From NCBI RefSeq assembly GCF_009914755.1, contig NC_060932.1: a stretch of 64,000 nt of DNA; one strand, given 5' to 3'. Made by a program: the position numbers and the translations under genes. The stretch comes from the human T2T-CHM13v2.0 reference genome, Homo sapiens. The stretch's first letter is position 1. Every line of letters begins with the position of its first letter. Below, one piece after another: positions 49,742 through 64,000 of this stretch. The notes under the pieces are model-generated. The model ran no database searches. It saw only the letters and a program-made list of their open reading frames with translations, and was not told where the DNA came from.

Positions 49742-52077
49742 TATACAAATCAACTGCAAAGGCAGTGCTCAGGGACAAAAACAAACAAACAAAAAACAAA
49801 CAAAACAAAACTCCACAATTAATTACAAGGTATGTCAAAGGGACACAGGGGCTAAGTGAAAGAGCTCCCAGTGGCCAAAGATGGGATGATTTTAGCAACA
49901 ATATAAATAAAGAAGTATATGATTATAACCCAAAGTATAAATTTAACATCCATGAGTCCATAATAATATGAATAAATGATTAAATAAACACAAATTAATA
50001 AAATGAAGGAGAAGAGAGAAGCCTCTTGCTAAGAAGAATTCCAAATGATTTATGTAGCTATTCTGCCTCCAATAAGGTGGAACATAACTCCCCACTCATT
50101 AGATCTGGGCTGTGCATGGTGACTTCCTTCTAAAGACTACAGAATGGGAAGGGGGTGGGGGCAGTCACTTTACAGTGGAGAAACCTGACAAACAGCATCT
50201 CGGATGGGTGATCAAGGTCAACATCCACAATATGTACCCTTGATAAAATGTGATAAAAATGGCACTTTACTTCTGTGGCCTTTCTTCCCAAGCCCATAAT
50301 CATGAGAAAAATATCTTACAAACCCCACAGTGGATTCTACCAAGTACCTAACCAGTACTCTTCAAAACTGTCAAGTCAACAAATAATAAAACTCTCAGAA
50401 ACTCTTAACACTAATTGAAGGCTAAGGAGGCAGGTAGGGCAAATGTAATGTGGTATTCTGATGAGACTCTAAAACAGACAAAAGACATTAGGTAAAAAGT
50501 AAGGGCATTTGAATAATAACATCAATACTAATAATGTATTAATACTGATTTATTAATTGCAATAAATGCATTATACTAATATAAGAAGTTAACAATAGGG
50601 GAATTTGGTACAAGATTTATAGGAACACTGAACTATCTTCATGATATTTTTCTGTAAATCTAATACTGTTCTAAAAAATAAAGCTTATTGAAAAAGAATA
50701 AAAAAATCAATTGCAACTAGATACATGCTCAACAAAACATTTATAAAAGTAGTTATTAAAACATAGCTTTCACTTTGGTTTCAAATAAAAAGAAAGTAAA
50801 GTACCAAGGAATTAATCAAGCAATATATGTGCAAAATTTGTATTGAGAAAATTATATTAAAGACTTTTTTCAAAGACTTAAATGAATAGAAAATCATACC
50901 ACATGCATGGTCCGCAAATTAATAACAAAAAGCAATATCTTAAGGATATAAATTCTTGCCAAATTGCTCTAGTGATGTGATTTAATTCTAGTCAAAACAC
51001 CAACAGATTTTTAGAGGAATTTAATGAGGCAATTTTAAAATTTATGAAGAAAATCAAAGGTACAAGAATAGTAAGACATTGCTTAAAAAGAGCAAAGTAA
51101 TGAGATTTGGCCTACCAGATATCAAGTATTACTAGAAACTGTAAAAATTAAGGTAGCATAGAACTGTCACAGAACAAACTAAAAACACAGAATAGGAAGC
51201 CCAGAAACACATCCAAACATATATGGACACTAGATTTAGACAGAACCAGTGCTGTAGAGCCTTGAGAAGAAATAGATGGACAATAAATAGGACTGGGATG
51301 ACCGGTTATCTACATAGAATAACATAAGTTAATTGGACTGCTGCATCACAGTATGAGCAAAAAATTACCTCTAGCTGGATTAAATACAGAAATGGAAAAT
51401 GCAAAACTATAAAACTTTCGGCAAAATAATTTTTTGGCTTTGAATTAAGGAAGATTGCCTCTGTGTACAAAGCATAAAGGGAATGATTGATAAATATGAA
51501 TTTATTAAGATTCAAAACTTGTGTTCTTCAAAAGTCCACATAAATAAATAACCTCACAATCCATAAGCAGGATGAATTTATTTGCAATAGACAAAATGAC
51601 AACATTTAATATCCAGAATGTATATAAAAAAAAGCCTACAAGTAGATAATAAAAAGGCAAATTAATAGAAAAAGAGGGCAAAAATAGGCAATGAATAGGC
51701 ATTCACAGAAAAGCAATGCCAGCAAACATAGATTAAAAGACGTTCAATCATCAATAATCAGGGAAATCCAATTTAATTAATTTATTAAAATTAAAATTAA
51801 ATTGGAAATTCAATTAAATTAAAACTTCAAGATATCATTTCGAACCAATCATATTAGTACAAACTAAAAATGGATAACAACATCAAATACTGACAAGGAC
51901 ACAGGGGAAGCTGAATAATTGTGCATTGTTATTCAGTATAAGTTGTGGTATAAATTGCACCATTGGCTTGGGAAAACAATAAGGGATTATCTAACAAACC
52001 AAAAATGTGTAAACCTTGTGACCTCATGACACTCTCAGATATACTCTGGGGGACATGTACACGTTCTTGTCAGTGTC

Positions 52078-52222
52078 TTTTTTAAAAATTTAAAAAATAA
52101 TTTCAACTTTTATTTTAGGTTCAGGGGGTACATGTGTAGGTTTGTTACATGGGGATATTGTGTGATGCTGAGATTTGGGGTATGAGTGATCCCGTTACTC
52201 AGGTAGTGAGCATAGTACCTGA
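52078..52222 (-). mobile_element. Short L1PA16/L1PB-like 3' end
   Basis: tttcaacttttattttaggttcagggggtacatgtgtaggtttgttacatggg...gagcatagtacc. Confidence 0.85.
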
Positions 52223-52547
52223 GCACTCTTTTAAATAACCAAAAAAAGGAAAACACAAATATTCATCAGAAGTAGAATGAATAAATTAGGGTAAGGTTTT
52301 TTAATGGAATATTATACAATAGTAAAAAGAAATTAAATACAGCTTCATTCAATGCCATGGTGAATTTCAGGAACAAGATAAAAACACAGTTTGATTCAAT
52401 TTATTTAAAGTTGAAAAAGATGCATATCTAAACAATGCTTTATTCATGAATATAAGCAAATATAAAACTATGAAGGAACGGTCCAAAATAGAAGGGAAGG
52501 GGATGAAATGTGAAAGAACACTCATGGGAACATAAAGTTTAAAGTAG

Positions 52548-55805
<3,258 letters not shown>

Positions 55806-55959
55806 GGATTAAGGCAATATTTTATTTATAATACTGAAGCATAAATATTTGGGTGATTTTTATATAGCTGATCTTTGTTTCTGGCAGATTTTTCTAAAAT
55901 ACTCTTTTGTATCTAAACACTTTCTTAAATTAAAAAGAGAAATTGAAACATATGGGTGG

Positions 55960-56190
55960 AACAGCTTGAACTTTGGAGTCAAAGTTCTTTGAGCTCTATT
56001 TTCAACAGTCTCATTCACTAGTGGAAACTGAGCAATTCACTTAACCTATGATTCCTCATCCTTAACATAGTAATAATACAAATAGGCACCTAATTGCAGG
56101 TCTTGTGTGGAAAAGACATAAAAGCAGAATATGAAATCACTTTACACAGTGCCTATTGCTGACTCGACATTCAATAGATGTTAGATTGTT
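55960..56190 (+). mobile_element. MIR
   Basis: actttggagtcaaa...gcaattcacttaacct...ttcctcatc...acacagtgcct. Confidence 0.7.
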
Positions 56191-56635
56191 TCACTTGCTC
56201 ACCCATTCACTCATTCCTTCATTCATTTTTCATTCTTCAAGTATTAAAGAATAAAAATCAAGTTAATCAACTAATGAAGGTAATCAAAGTTAGAAAGATA
56301 GACTGTCATCTATCTCTCCTCATGTAATTTGTATATTTTCATTTAGGTTTTCTAGAGACAATACTTCTATCTCATTAACAACTTTAGTAGGAAAGTGTCA
56401 TCTGAAGAATGACGAGGTTTATAAGCTTGGAAAGCAGAGCTTTGTTTCTCATGAAGGATTGAAGCCTCCAGGATGGCCATTCTCACAGGCTGAGAAGCAC
56501 CGCCTTTGGCCAGAAGCCAGAAACAGACATTTCGAGGGAAGGGCTAAAGGAATGGGAATTTATGCAGAACAGAGTAACCACATATACATATGCAATTAGC
56601 TATGGGAGAAGTCATGAATATTTATGAAAGGAGAA

Positions 56636-56637
<2 letters not shown>

Positions 56638-56684
<47 letters not shown>
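56638..56684. repeat. (GT)n microsatellite, about 23 units
   Basis: Read directly from the sequence. Confidence 0.95.
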
Positions 56685-56685
<1 letters not shown>

Positions 56686-56892
56686 AATTGAGCTTCATTC
56701 CCCTTTATGGGACCCATACCCATGATCTGAGCTGAGGGTGGAGTTTTCAGCCTTCTGATGTCAAAAGGTGAAGCAGAGAACACAAAAACCCTTATTGCGC
56801 ATTCTCAGGAGACTGGCCAGAACCTCTCTAAGGTCAGTGGTCAATTATCACCCAAAAAACGAGGGACAGCATCAGGTGGTTGGCTGACACTA

Positions 56893-57243
<351 letters not shown>

Positions 57244-57589
57244 GAAAGGGTTGGTTTCTGTTTAGTTCTTAGGGAAGTAAGCCTAATCGTGATTAGTGAA
57301 AAAGGGGGTATAACAAAGCCTGTCCCACCTCCTGTCCTGTCATGGCTGAGATCTCAGTTTTCAAGGTTCCTCTGGTGTCCCTTTGGCCAAGAGGAGGTCC
57401 ATTCAGTTGGTTGGGGGGCTTAGGATGTTATTATTGTTTCTCAAAAGTAAAGTTAGGGACTAGGAAGACAGATTTTTGTCCCTAGTCATTTTGGTAAAAC
57501 TGAAGCTACACCTTGCAAACAACTTGTGAAAACTAGCAGAGTGGCATGGGAAAATAGATGCACACTTGAGCTTATTCTGCAGCTCAGCC

Positions 57590-58110
57590 TTTGGCTTAAG
57601 CAAGTTTTTAAAAATTTCCATGCTTCATTTCTTCATGTACAAAGTGGGGATAATATTTCTTTCACTGCAAGTTTGTGATGAGGAATGGAGATAATATATG
57701 CACAATGCCCAGTACAGTGTCTGACACATACTGGGAGCTCAGCAAGGGGTGAAGGTTAGTAGCTGTTCTATCTAAACAGTGATGCAGCTTATAAGCATTT
57801 TGTTATTTTATAGCACAGAAATCTTGTATCTATTTTTAAGTTATGCTGTAAAAGCATAGTAGATTGCAGTGGAGTGATTAAGAACTCAGATACTGGTCAG
57901 ATCTGACTTAGAGTCAGATGGCCTCTATTTAAATCCTGACTATACTAATTACTAGCCAGGTGACTTTGGGGAGGAGTCTTAAACTTTCCATGTTTCCTCA
58001 TTAGTAAAGTAAAAACAAATAATGAGATAATAGATGTAAAGTGCATAGAGCATATATAGACATATATATATGTGTGTGTGCGTGTGTGTCAATAAATTTT
58101 AGCAATAAAT
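57590..58110 (+). mobile_element. Two MIR fragments
   Basis: ttcttcatgtacaaagtggggataat and gtgattaagaactcag...tactagccaggtgactttggg motifs. Confidence 0.65.
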
Positions 58111-58145
58111 GTTAGTTGATTATTCTTGATAATATTTCAATTACT

Positions 58146-58250
58146 GGCTGGGTGCAGTGGCTCATGCCTGTAATTCTAGCATTTTGGGAGACTGAAGTGG
58201 TAGGATTACTTAAGACCCAGAGTTTGAGGACAGCCTACGCAACATATCAG
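58146..58250 (+). mobile_element. Alu left-arm / FLAM fragment
   Basis: ggctgggtgcagtggctcatgcctgtaattctagcattttgggag. Confidence 0.85.
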
Positions 58251-60438
58251 GTCACCTTAAATAATCCACTTGGAAAATAACCTCAGGATAGGACTGTGGT
58301 TTTGAACAAACTCTGCGGGAATGCAACATCACTTCAATGTAAATTGGGTTCTAAGATAACCATATTTATTTCCTTGAAACTCTTCTCTGAAGTACAACTA
58401 TGCATTTATCTTTAAAAGTTGTCTTTTAAACAAAAATAAGAAACACAAACCAGAGTTCCCTTAAGCCAACTGTAATGAGCAATTCAGGATTGTAAAGTTG
58501 CCAAGCAGACACCCATACCTCTGACAGAGGTGACAGAGGACTCAAGGGGGTCCCATTTCTACACCCCAGGAGCACAACGGGATGCTCTGTTGCCATGACT
58601 ATGAAGGTCAGAACTCAGCCTGCTGCCCATGGTACCAAAGATCATGATTCTCTCTTCGTGCATGGCTGTTCCCAATAGCCTGCACAAAGACGTGTCTGCA
58701 GTTGCCACTTCTATCCATCTGTCTACTTTTAGCAGGTACTTTAACAAATACTTTGTTTTTCTCTCTCCTTTATTTATTTTTTCTTTTTTATTTTCTTTTC
58801 AGTGTTGTAGAGTTAGAGTTATTATTTTTTTCTCTTTTTCTCACACAATTCCTTCTCTGTAGATACAAAGTCCAAATCCCTAGCCGTTGTAATTATTAGC
58901 ATATTCCTGGAGAAAATTGCAACAGTTTACATTAAAGGACTCCCTGCAGAAATTTACACAGTAGGTATACAATTTCTCTTGAAATAAAAGGCACTCAGAA
59001 CAGTGAGGGGTTTAAAACAAGAGAAGAAACGGGGAACAAACAGAGCTTTGAGGAACAGCAGGGAGATTTGCAGTGGTCAACAGCAGATAGTCAGGTTGAA
59101 TTATTTGGATAATTAGTCTTTGTTAGCAAATTGGAGAAAATTACAATGCCACTGTAAGATGTTATAATGTGCCCACAGCCTGGTAGTATTAAGAATCAGG
59201 TCTGACCCAGTTCCAAAAGGTTTGGATCTCATTTTGAATATTCTATAGTAAAAAATAAATTCTAAGCCTGTGAGCTCTCTTCAAAATGTTTCCAAAACTT
59301 AATCACATTTGCACTTAGTAGAGGTGATCCTGATGTCACTGTGGATCCTTTAGCACGAGGTATATCTTTAAGGACCTCTCTATCAAGAAACTTTCAAGAT
59401 GAAAGCAAGGAGACACAATGGCAAATGGCAGAGTTAATTTCAATATTCTCTTCCTCAAGATGATGGAAAATATGAAAGCCAGGTTTACTATTTTTATGTT
59501 TCAGAAACCCAAGTAGAGAATGTAAACGGTATCAGTAAAAGGAACTTAAAATTTATCTTAAAAAGAAAAATGCAAATCTTAAAAAAAAAGCCCCTTCCCT
59601 TGACATGCATCTGGGAAAATCCATTTCTTATTTTCTAGATTTTTGAGCACCTGTGTACAAGTCACTTGTGAAGGACAATGAAATGCATTCCATGAATTAG
59701 TACCAAGGAAAAATTCTGATCTGATTAGAATGTTTGCTACTTCTCCAGGACAGGAAATGTACAGAGTGGGCTGAGATGAAGAGGATAGCAGAAAAAGAAA
59801 ATTAACAAGGCTGGTTCTAAGGACATGGGTAGTTTGTTTCCTGAGAAGCAAATTTATTTTTCGAAGGAGATTTAAAAGTTTGTCACATTGCCTATGCAAC
59901 ACCAGACTAAGTTTCATGCATACATTTGTGCAATATACACACATACACAGGAATGACATTAGAAAAGAGACAAATGGACTCATTTCTATTGGCTGGAAGT
60001 TATCCTCAGACCTATCTCAGAGCATGCTGCTTTGAAATTGTCACTACCACTTAACTATAATATGAAAAATGATTTAAAATACAAGAATTAGGTAAAAGGA
60101 TTTGCAGCATCTTCTTTCAATCTTACACTGAGGCAGTGTTTAACAGTATCAACCAAAGATCATTTATACTAGGGGAATACGGTTGGTTTGACCCACTGTT
60201 TTCTACTGAGTAAAAACTTAATACACTATATGTTAACTTACAGATTTTGGTGCAGTAGAAATGTGAATAGCTTCCGTTAGGGAGAAAGGATGACCCCCAA
60301 GCAGGGTTGCCTGTGGAACCCTAGTTGGGCTTGCTTTATCCTATTATTCTTGCACTAATGTTGTTTCAAAATGCCCATAAAAATCCAAATTCTCAAAATG
60401 CCCTTTGGACCAGACTTACCATCTTAATGGTTTTCTCA

Positions 60439-60821
60439 TGTTAAGTTAAGTTTAGCCTAAAGCTGCCTCCTTACATATTTTAAGTTCAGCCTAGGTTTTT
60501 CTGTACATCGTAAACTGTAACAAGTAGAAGTATAAACAGGCCATAGCCTACTCTTGTGCCAATCACTGAGTTTTGGCTGATCAAATGTGGCCAAATGTTC
60601 AAACCATGTTCAAATAAGGCAGATGCCAAGCTATAACCAATCCAGCTGTACTTCACATTTGTTTTGTCACTTTCCTTTTTCTGTCCATACATCTTTTTCC
60701 ACACGTGGCTGCTAGAGTCTCTGAGCCTACTCTGGCTCGGGAGACTGCCTGATTCACAAATCGGTTCTTTGCTCAATTAAACTCTTTTAAATTTAATTCG
60801 GCTGAAGTTTTTCTTTTAACA
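60439..60821 (+). mobile_element. MER57-type ERV1 solo LTR
   Basis: TGTTAAGTTAAGTTTAGCCTAAAGCTGCCTCC...GAAGTTTTTCTTTTAACA; TSD ctca/ctta. Confidence 0.85.
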
Positions 60822-62379
60822 CTTATTAACTAATGAATTAAATAAAATCTTTGAAATATTCTCATATAATATTTGTATGAGTCATACTTTTAAGTTTTTG
60901 GAAATTATTACACTTTGTCTTTAAAAAGCCACTGGTAAGCCCCACACCACTCAGGAAGATGAGGACAAACCAGGTGAGTAAATTTACAAGACAAGTCTTG
61001 TGGCTAAAAATACCTTGCAGTGATCTTGTTGGATAATGAATCATTTTTCTGTCTTATACATAAAAGGAAATGTCATGTCCCTGACCCAGTTACTTGCTTC
61101 ACCCAAAGATACCAACACAATTGAAGTAATGAACAGCTGGCATCATTAAAGGGAGAGATAGAGGGCTTGATCTTGGATAAGCAATCTAAAAATGTCATAC
61201 TCTCTGAATCTTAGAACACAGCCAAATTCTAAAAATATAAAATAATAACCATAGCAATCAAAAGTAAATTGAAAAAAACAAAGTACATTGGTCAGTCATT
61301 CTAATTGGAAATGCTATTTTTTAACCCCTGCTCCCCTTCCCTCACCCACATTTCTTCTGCATACCTCAAAGGACATTAGAAGTCAAAGGCACATATCAGG
61401 AGATTGTCAAAGACAGCATAAGATGATGAGCTATTCTTAGAGTCCCTTTTCTAAGGGCAGATAATTTTAACGTCTTAGAACATTAAGGTAAATGTAATAG
61501 TTGTTGAGAGAAAGAATATTCAATCATGGTTGGCATGTGACTTTTCTGGTCGCCAAAATCTGACAATATTATGAAGCACTTTCATCTCCAACAACCTAAG
61601 CATCTAAACTATTAATAGCTAATGAATATTTTTTGCTATGGGGGATTTACCAAAACATCTTTATTTTTGACCAAAAAACAGTTCTATAAGATAACAGTTC
61701 ACCACCAGTAGAAAGCAGAAAAAGTAGTTGTGTACATTTGAGCTACTTGTTGAATATGGAAAGAACAGAACCACTTTTAGTTCTAGGGAGTTCAATGGCT
61801 CTTGTTTCTGAAGCCGCATCATAATTATTTATGGAATTAAAAAATAAAAAATCCCATTACCGAGCCTCACCTTATACTTATAGCATCAGAATTTTCATGG
61901 ATAAAGTCTGGGCTTTGCTACTTTTTAAATTCCTTGGGCAATTCATACACTTGGCTAGGATTAAAGCATCTGGGAATAAAATAACTAAGCTATTAAATGG
62001 TCATTTGAGTTTATATTTGGTGTAAATTTTTAAAAATTTTTAAATTTTATTATGATTATTAATAGTCCTACTGCAAAAAGAAATCTTTTTTAGAAATTAA
62101 GATATAGTTTACACACTTAAAAAAACATATTTCATCATTTATCAACATGCCTTTTACAATATTACCTCTCTTCTACTAGGGAAATACAGAAACAACATGT
62201 CTAAAGCGGAGAAATTCCTATGTGACATATACAGAGGTAAGAAATTCTCTTTAACTTTTCCAAAGATAATGGGTCAAGAACCCATAACAGGTTTAGTCTA
62301 GTTGGTAAGGCAACTGGACTGAACACGATGTAACTGACCTCTGGAGCCCTATGTAATCATTCAGGAAGAGAGCTTGAGA

Positions 62380-62510
62380 TCTCCACTAAAGCAGTATCTT
62401 CCACAAGGAATGTTCAATTCTGCCTCCTCAGCATCTAGACGGTGCCTGGCACATAAAAGATGGCTAATTAATACTGGTTGAATAAATGAACAAGTGAATA
62501 AGTGATGTAT
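62380..62510 (+). mobile_element. L2 3' end
   Basis: cctcagcatctagacggtgcctggcacata...ttgaataaatgaa. Confidence 0.7.
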
Positions 62511-64000
62511 TCAGTGAGCTATGTATTTTCTGCTAATTTGAATGTATTGTTATTCTGTTCCTTTCACTTCATTGAACTTTCTTTTCTCCAAGCTTAGGCT
62601 ATGATTTCTCTAAAAATGAGATATTATATTCTCAAATTTCTTTTTCAATGTGTCCCATAGCCCAAAATACCTTTACCCATTTTCACCTCTGTGGATATTG
62701 CTGTTATTATTGCTGTTCCTAAGTTTCTATTGATCCTGCAGAGACAAGCAGATGAAATCTGGGAGGAAATTAAGAGTTTATTCTAACTAAGAAAAAAAAA
62801 GAAAGGTAAGTTTCTGCAGTGGTGCACCTTATAAAATCCAAGTGAGCAAGAAAAACACAGGGCTCATAATTAACGACTAGAAAAGCTCTAGTAAAATCAG
62901 GGGAGACTTTGAGATTCTAGACTTCATTAGCAGTTAAAGGAGAAAAAAATTCCCATGGCCGGAAGGTTAGAAGTTAATTAGAAGAAGTGCTAAGGGATTT
63001 GTTGTCTGACAGAGAGGCTTATGAGGTAGTTTTAGGCTCTTTATTGCCACCATAAAAGTCTCATATTAGTGAGCTCCCAGGAAGCAGAGAGCAAATTCCC
63101 GAGGTTGTTTGGAACAGGCAGGTCTTGTGCGTCCAACACTCAGGGGTCCCCTACCCTGCCCAGTAATGGGTGCTTTGGGACTTTTTGTCCATTTGTTCTC
63201 AAACTAAACTTTATCTTGAATTAAATAGATACAGTTGGCTGGAGCACCAACAACAGTTAATAATTCAATTTAGATGCATAGGCAGATAACAGTGAAGAAA
63301 GGAGAGGAGGACTGGAGGGGAGCAAAGGTAAGCATTACATTTGGTCAAGAAATGGTCTTCAAAGGATTAAGGGACTTCTATCCTTGGGTGACCTGGTGAT
63401 TCCACAGACTGAAACCTACAATTACCAGTGGCTTCCTTCTCTACAAACTTTCTCTTATGTTCTGCAACAGACTATGAAAATGGGTGTTTCATTTTTGACC
63501 CTTAGGTGAAAAGATCAGGTATCACAGTGAGTTGCAAGACAGACCCCACTGTAGAAATGGAAAGTTGCAGGTAGCAGAGAATAGTTGAATGATTCTGATA
63601 TCTATTACCAACATGCAGGTGTAGAAAAGATCTACACCCTACATCAAAAGAAGGAAATGGGGAAGAGAGTATTTGGAGGTAGCTGAGGGTTTATTGTTGT
63701 CTACTTACCCCACACGGAGAAGGAAAATAAGTTATTTCCCTCAATTCAAGTCAGCACGTAAGGCCTTCAACTCAGACCTCTCAGAAAGCTTAGTAGTTCA
63801 TGGTGTCGAATGGCTGCCTGGAAAATCTAAAACTCAAGTTCTGGCTCCTCCCACCCCCTTAACTCCTATTTCAGCACTAGTGGAACATAGCAGCTAGTGA
63901 GTGTGAGAGAATGTGAGACAGACAGAAGATTCTGTCCTCACCTTCCTTCCCTGGCTACAGGCTTTCTTCCTGATACAGGCCCTAGAGTGAGAAGAAGGGA

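Larger units (their letters stand above)
48480..52450 (+). mobile_element. Fragmented old L1M ORF2/3' region with nested insertions (LTR16/33-like at about 48740-49185; L1MC 3' UTR at about 49830-50700)
   Basis: ORF2-like motifs: tacagaccaatctc, tcattatttgcagatgacataattg (FADD), ctaccagatatcaag, gcccagaaaca. Confidence 0.75.

Overview
This is AT-rich, repeat-dense primate (hominid-type) nuclear DNA. It is intergenic or intronic, and I cannot confirm any intact host protein-coding gene. The window opens inside the 5' UTR of a young minus-strand L1 (L1PA2/L1HS-like). Its antisense promoter faces into the window and carries an intact 71-aa ORF0 with both known splice donors. The rest is mostly Alus, MIR/L2, old L1/HAL1, many MaLR/ERV1/ERVL solo LTRs, a MER11 (HML-8) solo LTR, and MER5/MER58/MER47 DNA transposons. 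A heavily rearranged HERV-L provirus lies at 39.6-43.4 kb: both LTRs are eroded, RT has a 166-bp tandem duplication, and the distal pol region is deleted. An internally deleted L1MA at 52.5-55.8 kb fuses ORF1 to ORF2. The main unexplained signal is at 5.6-16.6 kb, where several non-repetitive, relatively GC-rich segments have minus-strand splice signals and degraded reading frames. They may be a decayed multi-exon gene (unitary pseudogene). Two of them also give plus-strand exons in frame with the ORF0 donors. Repeat subfamily names were recognised by eye and need RepeatMasker/Dfam confirmation.
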